A model generated the notes under the pieces. It saw nothing but the letters and a program-made list of their open reading frames with translations. It was not told where the DNA came from and ran no database searches. A stretch of 64,000 nt of DNA from Epiperipatus broadwayi. Lineage: Eukaryota; Animalia; Onychophora. Position 1 is the first letter of the stretch; each line of letters starts with the position of its first letter. The position numbers and the translations under genes were made by a program. This document shows, in pieces, positions 1 to 12,860 of this stretch. The stretch lies in NCBI GenBank assembly GCA_028023455.1, contig JAQFVV010000003.1, forward strand, positions 10,850,001 through 10,914,000, given 5' to 3'.

Positions 1-1244
1 TCTCTAAAGTCTCTACTAGCAATGCCAGACAAAATTGTAATTTTATTAATCTCTTTCTTTGTTCGTTGTTTTTCAAATTTTTAATTAAGACTTAGATTCC
101 CAACCAATTCTTATCATTATGTTTCTTTATTTAATTAGTGGCTGGAATGTAAGTCCCAATTAATTTAACAGATCAGGCCAAGATCTTCCGTTAATAACAT
201 TTCTTTGTCAGTGGAATTTAATTTGTCCAACAGACTTTCACACCTACGGCCATATTGTTTCTTTTTTATATATCACATATTACATTTATTTTATTTAAAG
301 TTTACAATTCATTCATTTTTTTCACATTTACGTTTTACATTTACTTTAATTTGTTATAATATATTTTTTAAAAGAGAGAAGAAACGCATTTTTTTTATGC
401 ATCCACTTCCCCTCTCCCACAATAAACAAAAATAACTTCTAGCATTTGACTTATAAGAGAGAAAGAGACACATTTTTTTTATTTATGCAGCCCCTTTCCC
501 CTTCTCTTATTATTACAAAAATCCACAGTAATTTTGACATTAGAATTTCAATTTTTCTTTTCCTTCCTTTCTTTTTTTAAAAAAAATTTATTAGCTAATT
601 TATTTCACCTTTATTACTTTCTAATTTTATTAATAAATATATATGTGTGTCGACGACTTTATGTGGTCGTCACAATATATCATGTTGAATACACTGAATT
701 TTACATGTTTATAAATAAAGTTGATTGAAGATGATAAAGTTAAAGTGTCTACTCTTTTATATTTTGCTGGAAGTGATATTTTATTAGCAGCTAAATAACT
801 ATTCTAAACATCCCAAAGACATTCCATATCAAGTCTAATAAAAAATCTGAATATTTATTTTCTGTCAGCTGCAGTTATGTCTAAATAGGTGTCACATCTA
901 CATTTTCCAATGAGGAGACAGTTCATCTCATTATCAGTATCACGAATATAATTTAGCACAGCAAACACTTGCTGGTACTTAAGGATTAGCCCTGACACCA
1001 AGGCTGATTACAGATAATTCTGAACAATAAAATTCATTAGATGTATTTTTCTGAAGGTTTGTGATAATGGTATATTAGTTGTGATAATATGTTGGGACTA
1101 TTTCCATCATCTTATCAGGAAATGTTGAGTGTATAGAAAATTTTAAACTTTAAAAACTTTCAAATATAAAGCAAAAAAAATTGAAGGATTCAGGAGGATT
1201 TGAACCAACCCTCATACATAAATATATAAAATTTTTACTACCTG

Positions 1245-1440
1245 CTGCCCTTGACAGAATAGCTCAGTTGGTTAGAGTATTTGCTTCAAATTCGAGAATC
1301 TAAAAATGCTAGTTTGACTCCAATGTTAATACTAGCACTGGTCAAACCAGCAACACCTGAAGAAGAGTGGAAAATAATACTACTTGAAATATTGTGTCAT
1401 TACTAACATGTGTTGACTATATGGGTGTTATTACTAACAA
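1245..1440 (+). mobile_element. Solo terminal repeat (pLTR) of PLE family 2: tRNA-like A/B boxes followed by a hammerhead-like motif
   Basis: Box A-like TAGCTCAGTTGGTTAGAGTA (1260-1279) and box B-like AGTTTGACTCC (1311-1321), then ACAC-CTGAAGA-AGAGTGG...CTACTT-GAAA-TATT-GTGT (1353-1397). The same cassette recurs at the 3' ends of the PLE copies at 57900-58080 (minus) and 60270-60420 (plus). Confidence 0.55.
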
Positions 1441-1444
1441 GTTG

Positions 1445-3590
1445 TTGTGTATTGTTACCAAATAGATAAATAAGAATGAATGAACTTAGTGCTTTTAAAG
1501 GATCCAGTCTTCATAATCATAGCTTAACTGCTATAACAATTGCAATGCTTGTCATTCCTTTCCTTGATAAAGCATAGCATGTGTCTTTCCTGTTTATGGT
1601 GTCTTATATCTCTGGAGATGACTTTTCTTTTGAGTTCATGTATCTCTTTGCACATGATTGAGGGTTGTCTGGAATACCCTAGTGGGGGATTGTAGTCTGC
1701 TGCTGAAAAAAACTGAATAGGTGGAAGGTTGATTAAGAATTCTATTGTATGAGTATTTGTGTTGGGCCAATCATGTGAACAGATGCTCAGCTTTCCCTAT
1801 AGTATGAGCATTTACAGTTATAGTTGGAGCAAGCAATATTGTATACTGTATTAGAGGGTCTATCTTTAGGGTTGTTGATTAAGTTGTTGGAGTTTTTTTT
1901 GGGGGGGTGGAAGCAAAGCTTATATCTGTTATTGAGGATAGAATGTAATTTACCATGTAAATTGGAGATGTATGGTAGCAATAATCTAGATTTATCTTGT
2001 TTGAAGTGGGTGTTAAACTGTTTATTCTAAAAATGTAAGATTATTTTCTCAATGGTGGGTTGCCTGAACCCCAAATTCAGTGAATCATCTCTGTATTTTG
2101 TTAGATTCACTTTGGTGTCTGTCTCAACTCAACATAACAGCTTGTTTCTGTGCAAAAAGATGATAAGCCAGATAATTTATGTTCTGTTGGTGCATTGGAC
2201 TGGGTGTGTATGTGGCACCTGCTCTCCAATGGTTTGCTGGCCATGCTGTAATGTCAATGATCATTTTCCCTTTGTATTTTAATATCCAGATATTCAACTT
2301 GTTGAAGTGCATCTTCAATTGTGACATTCACAACTAGTGCTGTGCTGGTTTCCAATTTGACTTTGATTTGTGAAATGACCTCCGGGGTGGCAGTGATGAA
2401 TAGAATGTCCACATATCTGATGTATATTAGGAAGCCTGCAGGGTTTAAACCAGGTATGATCTTCTTGTAGTAGTTCAGGAAGATGCTGGTGATTATACCA
2501 CTTAGGGGTAAGCCCATGGGCCAGCCTTGTTTCATGGAGAATCACTGATTTCTAAAGAACATCACAATGTTGCTGTTCAACCAGCATAGAAACTCATAAA
2601 ATAAGTTTACTTGAGGTTGGATTGTTTTCTGCACCATAAATTCATTTCTAACAATTTGGATTGATTTGTCTCTACTGACAAAACCATATAGTTCAGTGAC
2701 ATCAAATATGACCAATTTGATGTTTGGATTCAGTTCTAAATCTTTGATAGTGGATACAAATTCTGCAGATGATTTGAGAGTGTCCAAAGTCCAATGTCTG
2801 GATTGAGTTTGTTGTTCACCCATTTTGTTGTCTTTGGGTAATGTGCTCCATTGAAATCCAGCATTAATCAGACTGGTGTGTTGACGTGTGTTTTAGCATT
2901 TACCAAAATCCTGGATAATACTGATGATGATGATTATAGATTGTGATATTCCAACTTTGTGACAGCTTTATTGCAATGCTTTTTGAGTATGGATCTGATG
3001 AATTTTTCTCTATTGTGGGCAATGCTAAATGGATCAACTTTATGAAAATGTAATTTATTAATCTGTAGGTTGATCTTATCTACATATTCTTGTGTGTGCA
3101 TTAACACAAATCTGTTGCCCTTGTCCTCATGCATACACTTAATTCTTTTCAACTCAAGAAATTGTTTGGTTGTTTTTATTTTTATATCCCAATAATTGGT
3201 ATGTGATTTTATCAATGCATGTCTCATTGCTTTATTGATTTGTGGTACATACTCATTTTTGGAGGTTCTTGGATAAGGCCAGCCTCTATGTCCACTATAA
3301 ACTCCATGTCTGATAATCTCCATGTTCCTCCAACAAATATGAGGCCCTTTGCTAGTACATCTTTTACTTTGCTAGGTGGTGTTGTGTATGTTAGATTCAT
3401 GTAAGTCTGCATGTTATCATCAAGGATGGTTATTCCTTGCTTGTACATGAGAAATGTGAACTTCCTGTTATACTTGAATGTCAACTTCCTCCCAACCTTT
3501 TCACATTGATTGATAATGAGTGGGTTGGTGGGAAAACATGTCAACATTCTATGGTTCCTTTCGCCTTGCTTCTTTAATGCTTTCTGGCAA
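1445..3590 (-). mobile_element. Penelope-like element family 1, decayed (RT + GIY-YIG endonuclease)
   Basis: Minus-strand ORF fragments: N-terminal NLTYTTPP..VLAKGLIFVG (3224-3547); RT motifs FDVTELYG, QGWPMGLPLSGIITSIFL, YIRYVDILF and EYLDIKI (2254-2823); GIY-YIG TVYNIACSNYNCKCSYYRES (1787-1981). Many stops and frameshifts. Confidence 0.85.
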
Positions 3591-3594
3591 CCTC

Positions 3595-4835
3595 TGTCAA
3601 TAGAGACAAATCAATCCAAAATGTAAGAGATGAACTTATGGCACAGAAAACAGCTCAACCTCAAGTAGACTTCATTCATGAGTTTCTATGCTGGTTGAAC
3701 AGCAACATTTTGGTGTTCTTTAGAAATCAGTGGTTCTCCATGAAACAAGTCTGGCCCATAGGCTTACCACTAACAGGCATAATCACCAGCATCTTACTGA
3801 ACTACTATGAGAAGATAATACCTAATTTAAACCCTGTATGCTTCCTAATATATAACCAGATATGTGGATGACCTATTCATCACCGTCACCCCAAAGGTCA
3901 TCATACAAATCAAAGTCAAATTGGAAACCAGCACAGTTGTGAATGTCACAATTCAAGATGCACTTCAACAAGTTAATATCTGGATGTTAAAATACAAAGA
4001 GAAAACAATCATTGCCATTACAGAATTGCCATCAAACCATTGGAGATCAGGTGCCACATACACATCCATTCTAATGCACCAACTGAACATAAATTATCTG
4101 GGTTATCATATTTTTTGCACAGAAACAAGCTGAGCTATTATGTAGAATTGAGGCAGACACCAAAGCGAATCTAACAAAATGCAGAGATGATTTACTGAAT
4201 TTGGGGTTCAGGCAATTTACCATTGATAAAAGAATCTTACCCTTTCAGAATAAACAGTTTAACACCCACATCAAACAAGATAAATCTAGATTATTGCTAC
4301 CATATATCTCCAATTTACATAGTAAATTACATTCTATCCTCAATAACAAATATAAGCTTTGCTTCCACACACACTCCCAAACTCCAACAACTTAACCACA
4401 CTAAAGATCAAATTCCACCTTTACAGACCCCTTATACAGTATACAATATTACTTGCTCCAACAATAACTGTAAAGGCCCATACTATGGGGAAAGCAAAGC
4501 ATCATTGTCCATGCGATTGGCACAATGCAAATATTCATACAATAGAGCTCTTAATCAACCTTCCACCTATTTGGTTTTCTTTCAGCACCAGAACACAAGC
4601 CACTATGAGTGTATTCCAGACAACACCACAATCATGTGCAAAGAGAGACATGACCTCAAAAGAAAAGTGAAGAAAGCCTTCTTCACCAGAGACAAAGATG
4701 TCATAAAAAGGAAAGACACATGCTATGCTTTATCGAGGAAATGGAATGTCTAGCATAATTAGCATAAAGTTGCATATTGTTAATAAGTAAACTTGCATAT
4801 TGTTAATCTTATTAGTAGTTAAACTATGATTATGA
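3595..4835 (+). mobile_element. Penelope-like element family 1, 5'-truncated inverted copy (RT C-half + GIY-YIG)
   Basis: ORFs 3638-3871, 3864-4133 and 4223-4753 mirror the minus copy (EFLCWLNSNI, PIGLPLTGIITS, VYNITCSNNNCKGPYYGESKASLSMRL). Its 3' repeat is interrupted at 4835 and resumes at 8331. Confidence 0.85.
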
Positions 4836-7800
4836 TGTGATGTGATGTATTTGGATACTCCTTAAACGAAGTCAAAAATATCTCAGCAACCATGCCGAGA
4901 AAAACCTGTTAGCCACTCCATTCTCCATTCCCCACTCTTAAGTCTTCCCATACTCTGCCCCATTCCACTTCCACAACATAAACTTTGTCAACTCTATGGC
5001 CTTTATATCTAAATCCCCCTTATCTCTTCACAAATCCAACATAAAAACTAATAACTCACTTTCTGTATAGTCACTTTGTTCATGTCTATCCTCCCATAAC
5101 TTCATTATCTGTACTCTTTCTACTTTCAAGCATTTACATTCAATCAACAGGTGCCTAATATTTTCTATACCTTCCTTACACAATCTGCACACTAAATTAT
5201 CCATGGTTTTCCATTTACATGTATATTCTCTTGTTGCTAAAGATCCCGTTCAAGCCTTAAATAATAAACTACTTTCCTTACTATTATCATAAATTAACTT
5301 GCATCCAATATTCCATTTACTTCTATATATATTTAAACTCTTCTTACCCTCCATACTAGTTCTCTATCTCTCCAACTCCCTATTTTTTATTAATGCTTCT
5401 ATTCTTTTATCCCATTCCTTACCACTATAACACTCAACAATCCTCCTAACACAATCATCCCACCTTTTATACAAGTATACTGATATAAATTCTTTATCCA
5501 AATCTTTCACATACCACATTACCTTTCTCATCCATCTTGTTACCTGCTCTTTAATCATAACCCAATTGAACACAATTTTTGCTATTCTTTTACTATCCAT
5601 AAACTGCAACCTACCAAACATTTTCATTTTACTTTTTGCATCTCTTATATAAAAACTTGACCATCCCATTTCTCCTTGAATTGCCTCCTTTGCTGTCCAC
5701 ATCTCTGCATCTAATGCATGTCTTCCTACTTCCCTTTGTACTTTCTCTAAATAATCTAAAACCATTTTACTAACACATAATGCATCATTACCATATGTTA
5801 ACCCTGCTACTGCAACTCCCTTCCATACTATTCTAGCTACATCATATTTAATATGAAAATACTGTTAGTTTCTTTACCAAACCCTTTCTTTTCTTTGCTT
5901 CATTTATCAATTTTTTCTCTCATTCATCCAAGCAATTTTCCTGATTACATAAGATGATTCCCAAATACCTATGTCTATCCACCACACTTAACTTTATGTC
6001 CCCCAATAAAAATTCTACATCTTCTCTTTCCCCAGTATTAACCATCATTATATTTGATTTTTCTTCACTAAATTTAAAACCCATCTCTTTACCCACCCTT
6101 GCACTTGTCCTCAACATAATTTCCATATCTTCTCTTCTTTCTGCACACAAAAAGATATCATCTGCAAAAAAAAAAGACCCGACAAAATATATACTCCCTT
6201 GCCATCTATTAATGGTATCTCTACCCCTCTTCCTAGTCTTTCTATTTCTTTCTCCATTTCACTCAAAAACAACAAAAACAAAATAGGTGACATAGGGCAT
6301 CCTTGCCTTAATCCCACCCCATTTTTAACTTTAACTGATTCTATATCCCCTAACTGGTAAGTATAATAATTATTTTCATATAATTTTCTTAATAATATTT
6401 ACTAAAGCTTCATCCATTCCCAAATTGGCTAACCTTATCCATAATCTATATCTATTTACTCTATCATATGCTTTCTCTACATCTATAACACTCATATATA
6501 ATGATCTACCTGAATTTTTATTCATCTCCATAAGTTGTGTAACTACAAACAAACTATCTCCTATATGCCTATCTGTCCTAAAACCTCCTTGCATTTCCCC
6601 CACTACATTATTCTCTTCCATCCATTTTACAACTCTTCCAGCTACCATATATGAAAAAACTTTATATAAAACTGATGTTACCGCTATTGGTCTATAATTA
6701 TTTAACTTTCTATGATCCTTACCCTTCCTTTTAAATAATAATCTTATTCTTGTATTACTCCAACTAACCGGAAAAACTGTCTTCTGTGCCATTTTATTAA
6801 AACATGATAATAACTTTGCTTTTGCTCTATGCCCTAAATTCATTACCATCTCTGCTGCCCATCCATCTAAACCTCTCACCTTTCCACTTTTCAATCTCTT
6901 CCCTGCCTCATTCAATTCATTTTTGTGAACCTAATATTCCCATTACTAACTGCTTTCATTTTTTCTATCACTACTTCCTTCACATCTATGATCTTTTCTA
7001 TATCCATTACATATCTATTTAAGATTCTCCCTATCTCTTCTCTAGAGCTACACTCTATTCCCTCATCATTTATTAATACTATCTTTCTTTCCCCTACATT
7101 TCTCCTTTTAATGTAATTCCAAAATTTTTTACTCCCATCTCTTCCACTTTTATTAATATCCTCCAACAATTTACTATTTAACTTCATACTCTCTCTATAA
7201 TTATCCATTTTAGCCAACTTCTTATTTTCTAAGTACTTTCTCCATTTAGCATTAATATCATTTTCACTTTCTTTGTTCTTAATAGCACACTTATATTCTC
7301 TGCATGCTTTTCCCTCTCTTTTACACTTTTACTAACTCTCATTTTTTTATTACTTTTATTCTTCTGCATATTCTCAACCAAAACCCTATTTGCCACTTTT
7401 TCTATTTCACCACACCAGTCCTTATACTCATCACCATCCAACTGCTCCATGGTTTCTTCAACTTTTATTTTATATTCTTCCAATTTATTCTTATCATTCC
7501 CTCTCCATCCACATCTTTCACTATTATTTCTACCTTTATTTCTATCCTCCATCACATTACTAACCATTTCTATTACAATAAAATTATGATCACTATTACA
7601 TACTCTTTCTTCATTATCAAACACCTTAATTTTCCATATTTTATTCATTCCCTCTACCAATACATAATCTATTGTGTGAAATACATTATTCCTAGACCAT
7701 GTGTATTGTCCCTCATACATATTTGATAAATTCCCAATGTTCAAATTTACTCTTTGACAAAATTCCTTCAAAAACTGACCATTCTTATTATCTACATCAT

Positions 7801-8323
7801 CAATTTCTTCAATATGTCCATTCATATCCCCTATAACCATTATTCTCTTCCCCTTTTCTTTAAAAATTTGTATATCCTTAACTAGGCATTCATATATACT
7901 ACTATTCCACTCCATTACAGTTTGACTATCTCCAGTAGCTATATGCACTACAGCCACCATCCATTCTTGCCTACCCAACCTTATTTCAAACCACAAATGC
8001 TCTTGGCATTTAACAATATTTAAATATTTACTCGATATAACTCCTATACCATCACCCCTTTTTTCTTTTTCTTTTTTGTTTACACCCTGCCATACCACCT
8101 CTTCCAAAATAGGTTCTTCTTCTCTTAGATGAGTTTCCACTACTGCTAATACCTCCAGCTCTTCATTTTCAATTGCTTTATTTAATTCCAGCCACTTTTC
8201 TGGTCTCCTACCACCTTGCATATTCAAAAACCCAATTTTAACAATTTTTTCTTTCCTAACTATTCTTTTATAAATTCTTCTGATTCTTTCTTCTCCATTA
8301 CGTTTATAACAAACTTTCTTACC
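4836..8323 (-). mobile_element. Non-LTR retrotransposon (LINE): APE endonuclease + RT + C-terminal CCHC finger, 5'-truncated; clade uncertain (RTE-X-like by eye)
   Basis: APE motifs (KIGFLNMQGGRR, AVVETHL, VIGDMNGH, TIDYVL, SDHNFI; ORF 7229-8227). RT motifs (NYRPIAVTS, QGGFR, IDVEKAYDRV, GLRQGCPMSPILF; ORFs 6376-6915 and 6111-6317). CRLCKEGIENIRHLLIEC near 5140-5200. (ACATC)n 3' tail near 4836-4850. Flanked by direct repeat ATTATGA (4829-4835 and 8324-8330). Confidence 0.9.
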
Positions 8324-8397
8324 ATTATGAAGGTTGGACCCTTCGAAAGCGCTAAGTGCGTTTATTCTTATTTATCTATTTGGTAACAAATACACAG
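8324..8397 (+). mobile_element. Right half of the PLE family 1 terminal repeat, displaced by the LINE insertion
   Basis: ATTATGAAGGTTGGACCCTTCGAAAGCGCTAAG...TTATTTATCTATTTGGTAACAAATACAC matches the reverse complement of 1445-1525. Confidence 0.85.
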
Positions 8398-8437
8398 CTT
8401 TGAGGACATTTGTGCTACACATGCAAGTGAACTAGAA

Positions 8438-8680
8438 TATATATATACTTCCCCAAAGTAGTAAAATTTATTTGACTTAACAAGTTGTTTCTATTTGAAA
8501 AATTTAAATTATGTTTAAAATTTACTATACATTCAACATTTATTGATAGATGATGGTTATATATATATTTCCCCAAAGTAGAAAAATTTATTTGATTTAA
8601 CAAGTTGTTTGTATTTGAAAAGTTTAAATAATATTTAAAATTTACTATACATTCAACATTTATTGATAGATGATGGAAAT
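8438..8680. repeat. Two tandem ~125-bp direct repeats
   Basis: Unit TTCCCCAAAGTAG..AAATTTATTTGA..TTTACTATACATTCAACATTTATTGATAGATGATGG occurs twice. The minus-strand ORF 8415-8690 repeats its peptide, which loosely resembles a PLE C-terminus (tentative). Confidence 0.85.
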
Positions 8681-9349
8681 AGTCCAACATATTATCACAT
8701 CATTATATGTATATATCACATGAATGCAATAATTACATATCCGTTTTTAAAAATATATAATCCTGTTTAATAATTAATTTATTAATAAAAAAATTAATAA
8801 ATTAGCATTTAATTGCTTATGACATTTTTGTCTTTCATTTATTACTAGAAAAAAACCTTTTTTTTTATAAAATTGAAACTTAACTTCCTGTAAATTTCAA
8901 CAAAATATTGTAAGGAAAAAAATTATTTTATACTTATAGGAAAATGAGAAAAGATGAAGGGAGGGGGTTAATTTCCAATGTTTAAAGGGGGGTGGCAGTG
9001 TTTTCCTAGCAATAATTTAAAAACATAAGCAATTGCATTAATCAACCAAGGGGTCTGGGTTAATCCGTAAGTACCATATAGTCAAACTTACAAAAATAAT
9101 ATCTAGCACACAAGATTAAAATATTTTACATATTTATTTGTTTCATGCTATGTAAACAACTCATATTCTATATGATGATGACTGAGAAATATATCTGAAG
9201 AGAGAATTTAATTTATATACAATTCAAAAAACAAATCTTTTAACTAACATGAGAACTTTTTTATAGATAGACAACTTCCATTTTTCTCCATTCTTTTTTA
9301 TTTCATAAATAATTTCATATAAATAAAGATACAATAAAAGACAAATAAC

Positions 9350-9391
9350 TCCCAGGAAGAACTGTTTGTAGAATTAAAGAAGATATAAACT
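9350..9391 (-). CDS. Candidate 42-nt internal exon of an unidentified host gene ((K)FISSLILQTVLPG)
   Basis: Acceptor ttttatttcag and donor gttatt. Phase 1 in and out, in frame with the exon at 9956-10046. Confidence 0.25.
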
Positions 9392-9446
9392 CTGAAATAA
9401 AATGCCCTTGCTTTGACAATCTATTTAAAGCAACCAATTAGAATTA

Positions 9447-9855
9447 AACAGATACATTTTGACAAAAAAGTTAGAACAATCAATTAAAATTAAATGAAGG
9501 TTGTATTTACAAAAATTTTAAAATAATTATATTTGAATGCACACTTATGCACATAAAACAGAATTATTTTTTATTATTTTATTATCTTATAAATTACAAA
9601 TATAATCAATTTAGTTACAGCATGTGTTTAGCAAAAATTATAGTAGAACAGATACATTTTGACAAAAAAGTTAAGAACAATCAATTAAAATTAAATGAAG
9701 ATTGTATTTACAAAAATTTTAAAATAATTATATTTGAATGCACACTTATGCACATAAAATAGAATTATTATTTTATCATTTTATTATCTTATAAATTACA
9801 AACATAATCAATTTAGTTACAGCATGTGTTTAGCAAAAATTATAGTAGAACAGTA
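9447..9855. repeat. Tandem duplication of a ~203-bp unit (2 copies)
   Basis: ACAGATACATTTTGACAAAAAAGTTA...GCACACTTATGCACATAAAA...CAGCATGTGTTTAGCAAAAATTATAGTAGAACAG is repeated nearly identically. Confidence 0.9.
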
Positions 9856-9955
9856 ATTTAATTTACCTTCAAAATGGATTGACAAATTGCTCAATGAAGA
9901 TACATTGCATTACACACACACAATAAAAAATTGATAACATAAGATAAAGATTTAC

Positions 9956-10046
9956 TTGCACTGTTCAAATAGTTGTAGTAATAATCATATGGCAATTTCT
10001 CATACTCTGGAATCTTTAGTTCTAAATCTATTACTCTATCAGTAAA
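9956..10046 (-). CDS. Candidate 91-nt internal exon of an unidentified host gene (FTDRVIDLELKIPEYEKLPYDYYYNYLNSA)
   Basis: Acceptor acaattttag and donor gtaaat. Only one frame is open and its composition is protein-like. No homolog recognised. Confidence 0.35.
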
Positions 10047-11559
10047 CTAAATTGTACACTAAAATTATAGAATTATCATCTAAGAATAAATCAATATTAT
10101 AGATACTTGCAGAAGTATATTATTGATGGGAAAAAAAGGAAATGACTTACAGACTTAATATAACATAAGGTGTAAACAAAATGTAATAATTATCTCTGAG
10201 TTAATGTTAATATAGTTTAAAACTTTTTTTATTTCAAAAGCCATAGTATATTATACATATGTAAAACTGCCTGAATGTAGAAAAATTTTACTCTGGATAA
10301 CAATATAGCTCAACACAAATTGAACTTTTCATAAAAATAGTAATCTGATAATGTATTTATCATCAAATAATACATTGTTCAAATATAACTAAAACCAAAG
10401 AATATTGTACTCTTTAAATCCCAATTAATGCTCATTTTAACTAGGTCATTTATCAAACGTGATACATGCTACTTCTTTAGTACAATTATTTATTAATATT
10501 CATTGCTAGACAATGGAAGAATCATAGAAGTTTTAATATTTAAGCTAGATTGATATAACCTGTGGAATGTCTTAATGACTGAGTGTCTATGAAAAAAAAA
10601 AACCTGATGATTTTGAATGAGGCTCAGATCTAAATGAGAAAGAAATTGTTAACAATTTTTTTGTTTATATAAAAAGAGTTACATAATTTTTTTCTGAAAA
10701 TATCTCAATCAATTTTAATGAAGAGAATCTGCAAAAGTAGTTTTACGACTTTAAATTAAAGGCAGTGTTTGATGCTAATAAAAATGCAACAAGTGATGAA
10801 CACAGTATGATGAAATAGAAAAAAAGAAATGTATTCACTATTGACCAGATGAAATGTTGGATAATTTGATCAAAGGTTTAGGGAAACATATATTTGTTGG
10901 AAACATTTTATTTAATGCAAGTAATTAAAATACATAAAACAGCTTTACCTAGATATAATGCAAATTTTTGCTGAATTAAGTTGTAATAATTATATATATA
11001 TATATATTGTAATGGATATATAATATGCCGTTACATTAATTTAAAATTAGAATTAAAAACTTAAGTTCGTAAATAAAACTAAAAAAAAAAAATATTAAAG
11101 AATTGTTAAACGTATATTCGCACAGATGCAAAACTTTAAAAGTATTTTTTTTTTTAAATAAAAAAAAAAAAGTATTTGAACATATTTTTTTATAAAAAAA
11201 AGTGAAGATCTAAACATAAAATATTTTTAATGAAAAAGATTCCTAGGTAATCTCAGTAAATGGAAATGATTGTGTTATTAATTATCGAAAAGCAAACTAG
11301 CCCTTGGGGCTCTATAGAAAAAAGTCAAATGAAAGATATAGATAAGAGAATAAAAAAATTAGAATGTCCAATAGAAGCAGTAACCAATTGCTTGGACCTT
11401 AATGGAAATTATTGGAACAGGAAACTATGTTCAATGAATCCAGAGGAATACTATAAAAAAAAATATTCAAATTAAGAGTTCCAGCTTGATTTATTTTGAG
11501 AAGAATGATAAGACACACTTGTCATTCTCTCTTTTAATCAAATAAAATGACTGATGAAT

Positions 11560-12860
11560 TATGAATGGTACTATTGCAGACCCCGAATCATACGGGTTCT
11601 GAAATCAAATAGTACCAGGATTGAACCAGCTAAGGCCACCTCCAGAACAGCAGACCGGTCTTCCAATAGAGACATCGCAGGAATTGGCACCAGGAATTGG
11701 GATTCTTCTACTGTAAGATATGAACTGTAAAATTTAAAAGTAATTAAGAACTTTCATCAAGATTTGACAAGCTTTTAATATTCAGCTAACCTAAATTGTA
11801 AAATGAACTTTTTTCTGACTTTTAAGTTTTCAATTTAATTATTAATGTTTAATTTTTATACATTTAAGTTTGCTAATTTAATCATTTCCATTTTATTATT
11901 ATTATTAATTGACTAAATTATATAAATGTTAAATTTAAGTCGGGCATGAATGGCTATATAGATTTGTAAAGTTATATTAATTAATTAAGGGAGGGTTAAT
12001 CTTGGGTTATTTGTTTCGTAGTTAAATTGGGTTAATCGATTGGATATATTGGTGTAATTAGTAGATGTAGTATGAGATTTGGCATGTGCAGGATCCTATT
12101 TTATGCCACACTTGGGCAAAATAAGTCCCATATCTCACTGACCATCGAAAGCAGATGGTATTCTCTGCTTTTTGGATCACCCCTTTTAGCCTACGGAATG
12201 GGATAGTAAAATGGAAAACGCAGTCCCTTCCTATGGAGTTTTTTTTTATTGCTCTTCTCATCACAGATGTAGTATTCCTGTCTGAATGAGAATCAATGTC
12301 TTCTATAACCATGCTGTTCAGATGTACATTCCTGACAGTATGGTATTTGTGCTGTTGTATTCATACTACATTAAATACATCGATGTATCAGATGGATTGA
12401 CGTTGGTTTAACTGCAAACTTTTGGCCTAAGGTTAAATAAGGGATAGAATATTTTCTTTTCAAATACTCGACACTCTTAAAAATATTATTAAACAAATCT
12501 GTGCGAATAGTTTAAAATAATAATTTAAATTTAAAAATTGATATTAAAACCTAAAATAATTTTTGTTCCTCAATTTTATTTATATGTGCGTTAATAAATG
12601 TTTGTGTGTTAATTACTGGCAGTGGCTTCTTTTATATTTTTTATTTTAATATTGGAAATATTTTTAAATAAGAATTATATTTTATAAATCTCTGCATCTC
12701 ATGAGCTAGTGACATTGGGCTGACGGTCGGAATAAAAAATATATATATAAAATTTTTTTTTAACTTGCGTATCTGCCTACTATATAAATTTTCTAGGTTC
12801 AAATAACCTAGTGGCATCCAGTAGTGCAGATATGGTAAGATTCTTTCCGACCTTTATAAT
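11560..12860. promoter_or_regulatory. CpG-retaining region, possible promoter or 5' end of a gene
   Basis: Many CG dinucleotides in an otherwise CpG-depleted window, together with splice-like signals. Confidence 0.3.
12797..12834 (+). other. Candidate 38-nt exon ending in ATG (possible start-codon exon)
   Basis: ttttctag|GTTCAAATAACCTAGTGGCATCCAGTAGTGCAGATATG|gtaaga, with canonical splice sites. Confidence 0.35.

Noticed and set aside
850-1020. Terminal exon of the minus-strand gene
   Set aside because: Acceptor-like sites exist, but no phase-consistent and convincing frame could be chosen.
1255-1325. Genuine tRNA genes at 1255-1325, 57990-58065 and 60270-60350
   Set aside because: A/B boxes are present but no complete cloverleaf; all three are embedded in PLE terminal repeats.
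4420-4520. Selenocysteine-type (Naiad-like) TGA in the PLE GIY-YIG domain
   Set aside because: Both family 1 copies encode ordinary Cys at these positions, and no conserved in-frame TGA was seen.
5954-7726. Plus-strand hydrophobic ORFs (5954-6286, 6425-6697, 6804-7022, 7304-7726)
   Set aside because: They are antisense shadows of the purine-rich LINE ORF2.
8438-9855. CRISPR-like arrays in the tandem duplications
   Set aside because: Each has only two long units with no unique spacers, and the context is eukaryotic.
12135-12175. CTGACCATCGAAAGCAGATGG as a hammerhead or bacterial terminator
   Set aside because: It lacks the CUGANGA core and correct stem order, and there is no bacterial-type gene context.
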